NCBI GenBank assembly: GCA_041690595.1 | Contig: JAWLHB010000015.1 | Span: 62,001-126,000 of the forward strand | Length of the DNA stretch: 64,000 bases | Direction of reading: 5' to 3' | Source: Lentisphaeria bacterium | GTDB taxonomy: Bacteria; Verrucomicrobiota; Lentisphaeria; JABSQK01; JAWLHB01 | Shown here: positions 46,937-57,400 of the stretch, in pieces | How the letters are laid out: every line of letters starts with the position of its first letter | Numbering within the stretch: position 1 is the first letter of the stretch | Notes under the pieces: generated by a model | The model's database searches: none | What the model was told of the DNA's origin: nothing | Seen by the model: only the letters and a program-made list of their open reading frames with translations | Program-made: the position numbers and the translations under genes

Positions 46937-49242
46937 AGTCGGGGCAGTCGATCGTTTCGCGGCTGACTCTTCAGCGCCTGTGGCGACAGGCCCGCCTGCC
47001 CGATCACCTCGTGATGGCCATACCCGCCCTGCCGCTCCTGTCAGCCTTTATCGCCGGCTCCCTTCCCGTCAGCCTGGTTTCCCTCGGTGAGATCTCCGTC
47101 ACGGGTGCGCTGGCGATCGGGGGCGTCGCCGCCGTTCTCTGCCTGCTGGCCCTTCGACCGCTGCGCCCGCCAGTGGCCATCGCCTTGGGGCTGGGCATCC
47201 TCATCGGCCTGCTCCATCACTGGGCTCCCTGGCAGAGTTACCGCCAGCTGCTGCCCCACGAAAGCGCCTACGTGGAGGTCGAAGCCATCGTGGTCAACGA
47301 TCATCTGCCGTGGACCGAAGAGATGATCTGGCTCGAGGACGGCCTGAAGGTCGAGCTGGCCGTGCGGCGGCTCCGCCTCTCCCGCTTTGAACCGTGGCAA
47401 CCCTGCCGCGGCACGATCCTCATGCGAAGCCGACCCGAGCTGCTCGATGAACTGGACCAATCCCTGAGATATGGCCAGCGGCTGCACGTGCGCGGAGCGC
47501 TGCAACCAGCCTGGCAGGCTGCTCTTCCAGGCGGCTTCGACTATCGACGCTTTCTCCGCACCAACGGCATCCGGCACGTGCTCAGTGTGGAGGAGCTTGC
47601 TATACAACGGCACGAGGCGGAAGGCTTTCGCCGGGGCCTGGCAGCCCTCTACCGCCTGCGCGAGTGGGTGATTGCCGGCCTGGTGGCGGATACCCGGAAC
47701 CCGGCCAGCCGGGCGGTTCTGGCAGCGATGACCTTCGGCTTTCGCGGCGGACTCGACCCCGACGATCGCGATCTCTACGTACGCAGCGGCATGATTCACC
47801 TTTTCGCCATCAGCGGCCTCCACGTCGCGGTGCTCTACCTCATCCTCAATGGCTTGCTGATGATCGTGCGCACCCCCTTTCGCGGCCGCCACCTGATCGC
47901 GCCAGTACTTCTCCTCGTCTATGTCCTGGCGACTGGAGCAGCGCCTTCGGCCATGCGCGCGTGGTGCATGCTGACCCTCTGGTCGGTCGGCAGGGCCACG
48001 CTGAAGCCCACGGTCATCACCAATACGGTGGTAGCCACGGCGCTGGTGCTCCTTGTCATCAACCCACTTCACCTCTTTCAGGCCGGCTTTCAGTTCTCCT
48101 TCGTCGTCGTGCTGTCGTTGATCTGGGGGTGGCGGCAGGGATCGATGTTGCGGGCCTATTGTTTCGAGAAGCTGCGCTGGCTGCCGAGCCGAAGCCAGGC
48201 CCGCTGGCAAGGATGGCACTCACTTCAGTGGAGAGTCTTGCAGGGCTTTCTCGGCATGACGGCCGCCTGGTTGGGAGGGCTGGGGCTGATGGCCTGGTAC
48301 AATCAGCTCTTCCTGCCGTTCTCCATCGTCATCAACATGGTGGTCATGCTCCTGATCACACCGATCATGACGCTGGCGGTGCTTCGTCTGGCCACCTGGC
48401 TCGTCGTTCCGTTGGTCCTGCCACAAGCCGTCTCCTGGTTCCTCGGCATGCTCCTGCTGGCCCTGCAGGGAATCGCCTTTTTCGCCGCCACATGGGGTGG
48501 TGCGACCGCTGTGCCGAAACCGCCCCTGGCGCTGGTCGCAATCTATTATCTGCTGTTGACCCTCTTCTTCCTGGGCGGACGCCGCCTGCGTCCCATGTGG
48601 TGGCTGGGGCTGCCGCTGGGGATCTGCATTCTCCTTCTTGTCTGGCTGCCGAGGCTACCCAAATCCACGCCCGCGGTGACCCTGATGCTGCCGGCCGGTG
48701 AACATGTGCCTGTGCTGATCGTGCGCTACCCATACCGCCGCGACCCGGTACTGGTCAACGCCGGCTCCACCAGTTTCGCCTATGCCTTGGGTGACTGGCT
48801 GAAAGGGCAGGGCGCCGCCAGGGTCGACACCCTGCTCCTTCTGGGGGCCAGGCGCGATGCCGTCGGCGGCATGGAGCAACTCAACCTTCAGGCGCCCCCC
48901 ATGAGCGTTCATCTGGTCGCCGACAATCGCCGAGGGGCGAAGAGCACCCAGAGCCATGCCTGGACCGCCGGGGCCAGGTGGCAATTGCACTATCGCCAAC
49001 CGAAAGTCGAGCTGCCCGGCCTCACTGCCGAAGCTCTCCCCGAGAGCGACGGTACCAGCTTCCGCCTCACCTTTCACAGTCCGGCGGGCTGGCAGGCCGT
49101 GACGCTCCTTCGCATGCTGCCGGAACGCGGCTGCGAGATCGACTATCAGGAGAGCCTTCGCGGCGCCACCCGGCTGCGCAAGGTCAGTCTCCCGTACATG
49201 AATCGCCATGTCATGCTGGACTTGCGGGCGCCAACGGATTAG
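46933..49242 (+). CDS. comEC: ComEC/Rec2 family competence protein
   Basis: PGGFDYRRFL, SGMIHLFAISGLHV, PSAMRA and AGFQFSF motifs. Confidence 0.9.
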   Translation: MKSGQSIVSRLTLQRLWRQARLPDHLVMAIPALPLLSAFIAGSLPVSLVSLGEISVTGALAIGGVAAVLCLLALRPLRPPVAIALGLGILIGLLHHWAPWQSYRQLLPHESAYVEVEAIVVNDHLPWTEEMIWLEDGLKVELAVRRLRLSRFEPWQPCRGTILMRSRPELLDELDQSLRYGQRLHVRGALQPAWQAALPGGFDYRRFLRTNGIRHVLSVEELAIQRHEAEGFRRGLAALYRLREWVIAGLVADTRNPASRAVLAAMTFGFRGGLDPDDRDLYVRSGMIHLFAISGLHVAVLYLILNGLLMIVRTPFRGRHLIAPVLLLVYVLATGAAPSAMRAWCMLTLWSVGRATLKPTVITNTVVATALVLLVINPLHLFQAGFQFSFVVVLSLIWGWRQGSMLRAYCFEKLRWLPSRSQARWQGWHSLQWRVLQGFLGMTAAWLGGLGLMAWYNQLFLPFSIVINMVVMLLITPIMTLAVLRLATWLVVPLVLPQAVSWFLGMLLLALQGIAFFAATWGGATAVPKPPLALVAIYYLLLTLFFLGGRRLRPMWWLGLPLGICILLLVWLPRLPKSTPAVTLMLPAGEHVPVLIVRYPYRRDPVLVNAGSTSFAYALGDWLKGQGAARVDTLLLLGARRDAVGGMEQLNLQAPPMSVHLVADNRRGAKSTQSHAWTAGARWQLHYRQPKVELPGLTAEALPESDGTSFRLTFHSPAGWQAVTLLRMLPERGCEIDYQESLRGATRLRKVSLPYMNRHVMLDLRAPTD

Positions 49243-49287
49243 ACTGAAGACGATCTCTCCTTCACCTACCCGATACCGGAGCAGAAG

Positions 49288-50757
49288 ATGCCAGCCCGCA
49301 AGAACCTGTTGATGATCTGGACCGACGAGCAACGCGCCGACACCATGGCCTGCTACGGCAACACGGCCATTCACGCGCCCAACCTGAACCGGCTCGCCGA
49401 CGAGAGTTTCGTCTTTGAACACGCCTATTGCGTGCAGCCGGTCTGTACCCCGTCCCGCGGGTCGATCATGACCGGTCTCTGGCCCCACCTCCATGGCGCC
49501 TGGACCAACAATGCGCCGCTGCATGCCGACGCCCGCACCTTGGGCGAGCTGGTCGCGCCCGAGTACCGGCGCGCCTACCATGGCAAGTGGCACCTCGGTG
49601 ACGAGATCGTGGCCCAGCATGGCTTCGACGAGTGGGTCAGCATCGAAGACTCCGCCTACCGCCCTTACTACACCAAACCCGAATACCTGGAAGGGCGCAG
49701 CGACTACCATCGCTACCTGGTGGCAAACGGCTTCCCGCCCGATCAGAAGACGCCCGACGGCGCCCGCTGCTTCTCGCGACACTGCGCCGCGCTCATGGCC
49801 GAACCCTTTACCAAGGCCGGATTCCTGGGGCAGCGGGCAAAAGCCTTTCTTGAAGAGCACGATCCGGAGCGTCCATTCGTGCTGAGCATCAACTTCCTCG
49901 AGCCGCACATGCCCTTCTACGGGCCGCTCAACGCGGTCCACAACCCAGACGACCTGCCCGTCGGACCCGCCTTCACCAGGCCGCCTCCGGAGAATGCCTC
50001 GCTGCGTAATCGTGCCTGCGCGGCGAGGTACAGTGGCGGCTTCGGCAACTTGTTGCTCCGCGACGACGACGATTGGCGGCGGCTCCGCGCCAACTATCAC
50101 GGCCTGGTTACCATGGTCGACAATGCGGTCGGCGTCATCCTCGATGCCCTCGAAAAGAGCGGCATGGCTGACGATACGATCGTCGTCTTCACCTCCGATC
50201 ACGGCGACATGATGGGCGATCACGCCCAGCTCGCCAAGTGCGTGATGTACGAAGAAGCCATCCGCATTCCGTGGCTCATCCGGGTCCCTTGGCTGGCACG
50301 GGAGCAGACCATGATTCCGGGGCGCGTCAGCCACATTGACCTGCTGCCAACCTTGCTCGACCTGATGGAGCAGCCGATCCCGGAGCACCTGCAGGGGCTG
50401 AGCCTGAAGCCCACCCTGAAGGGCGATGCGGATCTGAGCGGCAACGACGTCTTCGTGATCTGGCGGGGTGACGAACTCTCGTGCGCCGATGTCGAGGTGC
50501 CGGGCGCCGGCGCGGCGGAGATCGCGGCGATTAGCGAGCAGGAGTGGGTGACGCTGGTCAGCCACGACGGCTGGAAGCTGAACCTCTGCACTCTGGATCC
50601 CTGCTGCGAACTCTACGACCTCAACAGCGACCCCCACGAGCTGGTGAATCGCTACGACGAGCCCGGGCAGTTCGCGCGCATCCGTGAGATGACGGGCCGC
50701 ATTGTCGTCTGGCAGGAGCAGACTGGCAGCACCATCCCCTTGCCCAAGCCCCGCTGA
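49288..50757 (+). CDS. Sulfatase (formylglycine-dependent, S1)
   Basis: IWTDEQR, CTPSRGSIMTG (CxPxR), GKWHLG, EPH.P, FTSDHG and ELYDL motifs; no signal peptide. Confidence 0.94.
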   Translation: MPARKNLLMIWTDEQRADTMACYGNTAIHAPNLNRLADESFVFEHAYCVQPVCTPSRGSIMTGLWPHLHGAWTNNAPLHADARTLGELVAPEYRRAYHGKWHLGDEIVAQHGFDEWVSIEDSAYRPYYTKPEYLEGRSDYHRYLVANGFPPDQKTPDGARCFSRHCAALMAEPFTKAGFLGQRAKAFLEEHDPERPFVLSINFLEPHMPFYGPLNAVHNPDDLPVGPAFTRPPPENASLRNRACAARYSGGFGNLLLRDDDDWRRLRANYHGLVTMVDNAVGVILDALEKSGMADDTIVVFTSDHGDMMGDHAQLAKCVMYEEAIRIPWLIRVPWLAREQTMIPGRVSHIDLLPTLLDLMEQPIPEHLQGLSLKPTLKGDADLSGNDVFVIWRGDELSCADVEVPGAGAAEIAAISEQEWVTLVSHDGWKLNLCTLDPCCELYDLNSDPHELVNRYDEPGQFARIREMTGRIVVWQEQTGSTIPLPKPR

Positions 50758-50781
50758 CCGCGCCGCCACGAGGCGGTGACC

Positions 50782-50829
50782 CATCCTGCCGGCACACGAT
50801 GCAGGCGCACCATGCGCGGCGGCAGGATG
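50782..50829. terminator. Hairpin between the convergent sulfatase and nrdJ genes
   Basis: 10-bp inverted repeat CATCCTGCCG (50782-91) / CGGCAGGATG (50820-29); no clear T tract. Confidence 0.4.
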
Positions 50830-50845
50830 ATTCCCTTCTCTTCCC

Positions 50846-53125
50846 TCACGAGCACTTGCTGTAGAGGCAGGACGCACACTTCATGCAGTTCTCCGAGAAG
50901 TAGAGCGCCCGTTCGTGGCACTGCGGGCAGATGGCAAAGTGCGAGGCTGACCCCTTGCCGTCCGCGGGTGCGACGTTCGCCTGGACTTCCGGCGGACCCT
51001 CCGGCATCTCGACCTGCTTGCGGCAGAGAAGGCCGATCTTGATGAGGTGCTCCTCGATGATGCGCCCGATGTCCGCCGCCAGCGAGGGAATGTACTTGCC
51101 CCCCTGGAAGTAGCCACCATTCGGATCGTAGATCGACTTCAGCTCCTCCACCAGGAAGCTCGGATCCTTCTCTCGGCGAAAGACCGCCGAGATCAGCCGT
51201 GTCATCGCGACGATCCAGGAGAAGTGCTGCAGGTTCTTGGTATTGATGAAGATCTCGTAGGGACGGCGGCAACCATCCTCGATCACATCGTTGATGGTCA
51301 GGTAGAGCGCATCCGGCGAAAGCGGCGTCTTGATCTTGTAGGTGACCCCCTCCAGGACGTAGGGGCGCGAGAGGATGATCTCCGGATCGGGCTCCGCCGC
51401 CTTCTCCTCCTTGTCACTGGAGCGGACCAGAACACCCGTCAGGTGCTCGCTCGGGCGGAAGGTGGTGCACCCCTTCAGTCCCTTCTCGAAGGCATACATG
51501 TAGATATCGCGGAAATCCTCGACCGGGTACTCTTCCGGAACATTGATGGTCTTGGATATCGAGCTGTCCACGTACTGCTGGAGGGCTGCCTGAATCTGCA
51601 CGTGTTCGCGCGGAGAGATGCCGTCGGCACTGACAAAGTAATCGGGCAACTCCAGATCCGTCGTGGGGCGGCCATTCTTCTCGACGTACTTGCCATAGGC
51701 GAAGTCAAAGACATCGGTCTCCATGACATCGTTCTCGTCCCCCTTGCGGATGCGGCGCGTGTAATGGAGCGCGAAGACTGGCTCCAGACCGCTGGAAACG
51801 TTGCCGGCATACAGCGAGATGGTGCCCGTCGGAGCGATGGAAATCAGGTGCGAGTTGCGGATGCCGTGCTTCTTGATCTTGTCGCGAACCTTCTTCGGCA
51901 GGGTCTGGATGAACTGCCCCTGCAGGTAGGGCTCCGCCTCGAAGAGCGGGAAGGATCCCTTCTCGCCGGCAAGCTCAGCGGAGGCATCGTAGGCGGCATG
52001 CGTGATGGTCTGCATGATCTTCTCGGCAAGGGCGATGGACTGGGGAGATCCATAGCGCAGCCCCATGAAGATGAAGAGGTCCGCCAATCCGGTGATCCCG
52101 ATTCCCATGCGCCGCTTGCGCCGGGCCTCTTCGTCCTGCTCTGGAAGGGGATAGTTGCTCAGATCGATCACGTTGTCCAGGAAGCGTACCGCCGTCCGTG
52201 TCGTCAGCGCAATGCCATCGAAATCGATGCCGGCATCCTCTTCGAAGGGATTCCTGACAAAGCGGGTGAGGTTGACCGAGCCGAGGAGGCAGGCGCCATA
52301 CGGCGGGAGCGGCTGCTCCCCGCACGGATTGGTTGCGCAGATGCGTTCGCAGTAATGCAGGTTGTTCATCGCGTTGATGCGATCGATGAAGATGACCCCA
52401 GGCTCTGCCCAGTCGTAGGTCGATTCCATGATCTTTTCCCACAACTCGACCGCCTGGATCGTCTTGTAGACCTTGTCGCCAAAGACCAGATCCCACGGCT
52501 TGTTCGCCTGGACCGCCGCAATGAAGGCATCCGTGCAGGCCACGGAGAGATTGAACATGCGCAGCGCCGCATTCTCCCGCTTCGCCGTGATGAACGCCTC
52601 GATGTCGGGATGATCGCAGCGCAGCATGGCCATCTGGGCGCCACGACGCTGCCCGGCGCTCATGATGGTGCGGCAGGTCGCATCCAGCACGTGCATGAAG
52701 CTGATCGGGCCGCTCGCCTCTGAATCCACCCCGTTGATATGGTCACCACGTGGCCGGATCGTACTGAAGTCGAAACCGACTCCGCCCCCCTGCTTCTGGG
52801 TCAGCGCCGACTCCTTGATGACATCGAAAATTCCGTCCATCGAGTCGGGGATGGTATTCATCACGTAGCAGTTGAACATCGTGGTCTGGTCGCGGTTGGT
52901 GCCGGCGTTGGCGAGAATGCGGCCGCCGGGCAGGAAGCGATAGTCCGCAAGCAGCTGATAGAAGGGCTCCCGCCACGCCTCCGGTGAACTCTCGACGCCG
53001 GCGACCGCGTTGGCGACCCGTCGCCAGGTATCGTCCACGCATGTATCCACCGGTGCGCCGGCGGTCTTGTAGCGATACTTCATGTCCCAGATCTGTTGTG
53101 CGATATCGGTGAATTCCTGCGTCAT
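50846..53125 (-). CDS. nrdJ: Adenosylcobalamin-dependent (class II) ribonucleotide reductase
   Basis: FNCYV, GGGVG, TNPCGEQP, ACLLGSVNL, IAPTGTIS, SISKT and KGCT motifs; C-terminal TSCPD-like domain and CPQC..CMKC..YSKC tail; no NrdB nearby. Confidence 0.93.
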   Translation of the reverse strand: MTQEFTDIAQQIWDMKYRYKTAGAPVDTCVDDTWRRVANAVAGVESSPEAWREPFYQLLADYRFLPGGRILANAGTNRDQTTMFNCYVMNTIPDSMDGIFDVIKESALTQKQGGGVGFDFSTIRPRGDHINGVDSEASGPISFMHVLDATCRTIMSAGQRRGAQMAMLRCDHPDIEAFITAKRENAALRMFNLSVACTDAFIAAVQANKPWDLVFGDKVYKTIQAVELWEKIMESTYDWAEPGVIFIDRINAMNNLHYCERICATNPCGEQPLPPYGACLLGSVNLTRFVRNPFEEDAGIDFDGIALTTRTAVRFLDNVIDLSNYPLPEQDEEARRKRRMGIGITGLADLFIFMGLRYGSPQSIALAEKIMQTITHAAYDASAELAGEKGSFPLFEAEPYLQGQFIQTLPKKVRDKIKKHGIRNSHLISIAPTGTISLYAGNVSSGLEPVFALHYTRRIRKGDENDVMETDVFDFAYGKYVEKNGRPTTDLELPDYFVSADGISPREHVQIQAALQQYVDSSISKTINVPEEYPVEDFRDIYMYAFEKGLKGCTTFRPSEHLTGVLVRSSDKEEKAAEPDPEIILSRPYVLEGVTYKIKTPLSPDALYLTINDVIEDGCRRPYEIFINTKNLQHFSWIVAMTRLISAVFRREKDPSFLVEELKSIYDPNGGYFQGGKYIPSLAADIGRIIEEHLIKIGLLCRKQVEMPEGPPEVQANVAPADGKGSASHFAICPQCHERALYFSENCMKCASCLYSKCS

Positions 53126-53427
53126 CTCGCTCTGTCCCACTCGTGAATGATGGTGATTGTTGGAACTGCACGGTAGCAGCCGTCATGGCTTTGTGCCGCG
53201 GGAACGGTGTCGGGTGCTCCCGAAAGCGCGGTCGGCACGAACAGCCGCGGCGGCTCCTCCCGCCGCGGCTGCCGATACCATAGCGGCCATTCGCCACATA
53301 CTCCATAGCAAATCCAAAGGAATCGACATAACTTTAGAACGGCTTCATTTGCCCGCCGGAACCATTTTACCTTCGCGACGGCAATCCCTTGCCGAATCGC
53401 CATCACTCTACAAGCCACGAGACCGCC

Positions 53428-54351
53428 ATGAACAGCCTCCTGCCGACTTTCTCCTGCACCTACAACGGCCAGCCCGTCGACCGGGGGCCGGGAACCTTCG
53501 GCCTGCTTCGGGATTCCGCCGACTGCGCGGACAATGCCGCTGAACTGCGTGAACGCTTTGCCGCCGATGGCTACCTTTACCTCCCCGGCCTCCTCGAACG
53601 GGAGAAGGTGCTGGCCGCCCGCCTCGCCATGCTCGAGAAACTCGACCGCGATGGCCTGGTCGATCGCCGCTTCCCTCTCCACGACGGCGTAGTGGACCCG
53701 AATGCTTCGACCGCCTTCATGCCGAAGCTGGCGCACGACAACCCCGCCCTCAACTCCCTGCTGTACGACGGCCCCATGATGGCGCTCTTTCATCGCTTCT
53801 TCGGCGGTCCGGTGCGACACTTCGACTATACGTGGGTTCGCTGCAAGGGCGGACGGCAGGGTTGCCAACCCACTTATCCCCACTACGACATCGTCTACAT
53901 GGGCCGCGGCACCGACAAACTCGTGACGGCCTGGATGCCCCTTGGCGATGTCCCCTGCGCCATGGGCGGTCTCCTTATCCTGGAGAATTCACATCGCCTG
54001 GCGGAGCTTCGCCGCGGCTATGCCAGGTTCGACGTTGACCGCGTCTGCGGCAATCGCCCGGATGGCCGACCGGATCGCGAGTGGGAAGGGGATTTCGGCT
54101 GGTATTCGGCCGACGCGTTCAAGGTCCAGCGCTCCTTCGGCGGCCGCTGGCTCACCGCCAATTATCGCGCCGGCGACCTCCTTCTCTTCTCCATGTATAC
54201 CATGCACTGCAGCATGGACAACCAGACCGATCGCTTCCGTCTCTCCACCGACAGCCGCTATCAGCCGGCCGGTGAGGCGATCGACGAGCGCTGGATCGGC
54301 CAGGATCCACCCGCCCATGGCGATCGCGCCAAACGCGAAACGATCTGCTGA
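53428..54351 (+). CDS. Phytanoyl-CoA dioxygenase (PhyH) family protein
   Basis: PHYDIVYMGRG, TAWMPLGD..GGL, GDLLLF..MHCSMDN and RLSTDSRYQ motifs. Confidence 0.9.
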   Translation: MNSLLPTFSCTYNGQPVDRGPGTFGLLRDSADCADNAAELRERFAADGYLYLPGLLEREKVLAARLAMLEKLDRDGLVDRRFPLHDGVVDPNASTAFMPKLAHDNPALNSLLYDGPMMALFHRFFGGPVRHFDYTWVRCKGGRQGCQPTYPHYDIVYMGRGTDKLVTAWMPLGDVPCAMGGLLILENSHRLAELRRGYARFDVDRVCGNRPDGRPDREWEGDFGWYSADAFKVQRSFGGRWLTANYRAGDLLLFSMYTMHCSMDNQTDRFRLSTDSRYQPAGEAIDERWIGQDPPAHGDRAKRETIC

Positions 54352-54494
54352 GATCGCCCCCCAAAGAATGTTCGTTCATGCATCATTTTGCGACACTCTA
54401 TTAGATCTTGAAGAAATATGAGCGACAGTATGCACTATACATAGATAATGGTTATGACAAGGAGGGCTTTCTTTTGCGGGATTATCACACGCAG

Positions 54495-56285
54495 ATGTCA
54501 TCTGCTCATGGTATTGCGATCATCTATGGTGCGTTGGGCTTCCTCTGGATCAGCCTGTCGGATTTGATAGTGAACATCCTGCTGAAGGATTCCGCCTATG
54601 GTGGTTATCTGCAGACGCTCAAGGGCTATGGCTACATTGCCGTAACGGCATTGCTTCTCTACGCCGTCATCAACCGATTGAGTAGGCAGCGGCGCCAGTC
54701 CGACACCCACTATCGGCAGCTCGTCGAAACACTGGCGGAGCCGATCTGCGAGTGGCTACCGGATACCACCCTGACCTATGCGAACAGCGCTTATGCCAGT
54801 TTTTATGCCGACACCACCAATAATCTGGTGGGCAAGAAGTGGCTGGATCGTCTCCCGGAATCCAGGCGTGAAAGCGCTCTGGCCCACCTGGCGGCCATGA
54901 CGCGCACTCTGCAACCGCACAAATATCTTCTGGAGGTCGAACTGCCCGGCCGCGCCAGCAGGTGGGTGGAGTGGACGGATATCCCCGTCCTCGACGAACA
55001 GGGACGGCTTGACCATTTTCATACCATCGGCCGTGACATCACCGACCGATACCGGCATGATCTCGAGGTTCAGGAAGCTAATCGCCAACTGGCTGAAGCC
55101 AATCAACGGCTCGAAGAAGCCCTCTCGGGGCTGCAGTCCGCACAGCAGAACGCCATCCAACAGGAACGCCTCCGAGCCCTCGGCGAGATGGCCAGCGGCA
55201 TCGCCCATGATTTCAACAATGCCCTCGCCGTTATTCAAGGCTACACTGACATCCTCGTTGCCCGTGGAGACGACCTCGAGCCGGAGCGCCGCGCCTCCAG
55301 CCTCCAGCAGATACGCACCGCCGCCGGTGATGCCGCCGCCATCGTCGACCGCATGCGCCAGTTCTATCGGGAACGGCAGCAAGACAAGCACGATGTGGAG
55401 TCCGTCAACCTCTCCGATCTGATCAACGAAACCATCATGCTTACATCGCCGCGCTGGGGGGCACAGGCACAGGCCGCGGGGGCAAGTATCACGGTCCAGC
55501 GCCAGCTGCGATCCACCGCTCTTGCCCTCGGCAATCCAACCGAACTCCGCGAGGCTCTGACCAACCTCATCTACAATGCTGTCGATGCCATGCCGGATGG
55601 TGGCAGACTCGTGTTCCGCACCTACGATGACTACGGCCAGATTGTCGTTGAGGTATCCGATACCGGAATCGGCATGGACGATGCCGTGCTCCAAAGCTGT
55701 CTCCGCCCCTTCTACACCACCAAGGGAGAACGCGGCTCCGGACTTGGACTGGCCTCCGTCGTCGGTATCATGGATCGCCACTCCGGCAGCCTGAACATCG
55801 ACAGCAAGCCTGGCAAGGGCACTACCGTAACCATGCGATTCCCCTTCTCCACCGCCCACGACGTCGTCGAAGTCGACGAGATGGACGCTCTGGAGCAGAC
55901 GCGCAATGGCGTCAAGATTCTGGTGGTCGACGACGAACCCGTCGTCCGTGAACTGATCGGCGAACTTCTGGGTGAAATGGGGCATCTGGTGACGGAGGCC
56001 AACGGCGCCGGTGATGCCCTGCAGGCGGTTCGTGAACAGGAGATCGCGCTGGTGATCACCGATCTGGCAATGCCGGACATGAATGGGCTCGAGCTGGCGC
56101 GCATGCTCCGCGGCCGCTACCCTAACCTGCCCATCATCCTTCTGACCGGACTGGCCAATGCCTCGCCCGAGCTGCACGGCTCAGCCTGCTTGAGCGCGGT
56201 TCTGGCCAAGCCCATCGACCTGCCCAAGCTCCGCGACTGCATCCGTACACTTCTGCAGGGCGACACCACCTCACAAGCCAGCTGA
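54495..56285 (+). CDS. Hybrid membrane PAS sensor histidine kinase / receiver
   Basis: Two N-terminal TMs, PAS/PAC, GIAHDFNN H-box, NAVDAM, DTGIG, GSGLGL, and C-terminal receiver (TDLAMP, KP). Start uncertain (54408-54495). Confidence 0.93.
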   Translation: MSSAHGIAIIYGALGFLWISLSDLIVNILLKDSAYGGYLQTLKGYGYIAVTALLLYAVINRLSRQRRQSDTHYRQLVETLAEPICEWLPDTTLTYANSAYASFYADTTNNLVGKKWLDRLPESRRESALAHLAAMTRTLQPHKYLLEVELPGRASRWVEWTDIPVLDEQGRLDHFHTIGRDITDRYRHDLEVQEANRQLAEANQRLEEALSGLQSAQQNAIQQERLRALGEMASGIAHDFNNALAVIQGYTDILVARGDDLEPERRASSLQQIRTAAGDAAAIVDRMRQFYRERQQDKHDVESVNLSDLINETIMLTSPRWGAQAQAAGASITVQRQLRSTALALGNPTELREALTNLIYNAVDAMPDGGRLVFRTYDDYGQIVVEVSDTGIGMDDAVLQSCLRPFYTTKGERGSGLGLASVVGIMDRHSGSLNIDSKPGKGTTVTMRFPFSTAHDVVEVDEMDALEQTRNGVKILVVDDEPVVRELIGELLGEMGHLVTEANGAGDALQAVREQEIALVITDLAMPDMNGLELARMLRGRYPNLPIILLTGLANASPELHGSACLSAVLAKPIDLPKLRDCIRTLLQGDTTSQAS

Positions 56286-56319
56286 CCGCGCGTCAGGGAT
56301 TGTTGCTCCGCTGCGCTGA

Positions 56320-57372
56320 TCAGGAATAGTAGGTGGCGTATCGCTCCATCGCACCCATCAGCGCCTTGACGTTCTCCAGCGGAACGCCGGGATAGAGTCC
56401 GTAGACCATCATCAGGCCGCCATCGCGGCAACCGATGGTGGAGACCTCCCGGCGAATGAGCGCGTCGATCTGCGCGGGCGTCCCGAAGCGGGTAATGTCC
56501 TGCCGATCGATATCCAGATCGACGCAGACGCGGCCGCCAAAGGTGTCGGCGATCCAGTCAATACCATTGACCAGGTCCTGAAGGTTGATGACTTCCACTC
56601 CCCCATCGATCAGGTCATCCACCAGCTTGCGGATGTCGCCGTCGGAATGCATGTGAACGATGCAGCCCGCTTCCCGAGCGGGTGCCATCAGGCGCTGATA
56701 GACCGGCTTGATGTAACGCCGGAAATGGGCCGGTGAAAGCATCGGGCCAACCTGCATGCCGAGATCCTCCGGATAGCTCATCCACTCGACTCCAAGTTCG
56801 AGCCAGCGGCGGATAATCTCATGATTGAACGCCTCGACCATGTCGATAAGGCGAAGCAGCCGCGGCTCCTCATCCATCATGTCGAAGAGCAGGTTCTCAT
56901 AGCCGCGGAGGTCAAGTAGCCGCAGAAAGGTATGGCCATGGATGAGGCCCCCACTCACCAGCTCGCCGTCGGCACGTTGTCGGGCGACATATGCCGCGAG
57001 CTGTTTCCAGTCATGGGGGCCGATGCCGTTGGTCACTGCCGGGTCCGGCGGCACAAAGCTGTCGAACGCGCTCCAGTCGGCGAGCGGGTGCGCGACCACG
57101 GCGCCGACAATGCCATTGTCACTGGTCTCCCAGCGGCAGCCCCAGGTGTCCGTATAAGGATGACCGACACGAGCGTTGAGCCCGTAGTTGGGGCGGATGG
57201 CTTCGCTGCTCGGCACATGGCCGGGAAAGAGCCGGTGATGCTCCCCCATCAGCTCCTGGAGCGCATCCTGCGGATAGTGATGCCAGCAGGCTGGATTGAT
57301 GTGGAAGGTCATCGGAATGCAGTCTGGACGCTCGAAGCGCACTGCCCGCAGGATGTTGTCGCGCATGTTCAT
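56320..57372 (-). CDS. Uroporphyrinogen decarboxylase (URO-D)/MtaA-like family protein
   Basis: DTWGCRW, LRGYENLL.D, EDLGMQ, HSDG, FGTP and VPLENV motifs. Confidence 0.85.
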   Translation of the reverse strand: MNMRDNILRAVRFERPDCIPMTFHINPACWHHYPQDALQELMGEHHRLFPGHVPSSEAIRPNYGLNARVGHPYTDTWGCRWETSDNGIVGAVVAHPLADWSAFDSFVPPDPAVTNGIGPHDWKQLAAYVARQRADGELVSGGLIHGHTFLRLLDLRGYENLLFDMMDEEPRLLRLIDMVEAFNHEIIRRWLELGVEWMSYPEDLGMQVGPMLSPAHFRRYIKPVYQRLMAPAREAGCIVHMHSDGDIRKLVDDLIDGGVEVINLQDLVNGIDWIADTFGGRVCVDLDIDRQDITRFGTPAQIDALIRREVSTIGCRDGGLMMVYGLYPGVPLENVKALMGAMERYATYYS

Positions 57373-57400
57373 TGGCTAGGCCTTTGGAGAGAGTGGAGGA

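Noticed and set aside
53126..53427. NrdR boxes or a cobalamin riboswitch upstream of nrdJ
   Set aside because: Only weak CCATAGC repeats; no convincing NrdR palindrome or B12-box by eye.
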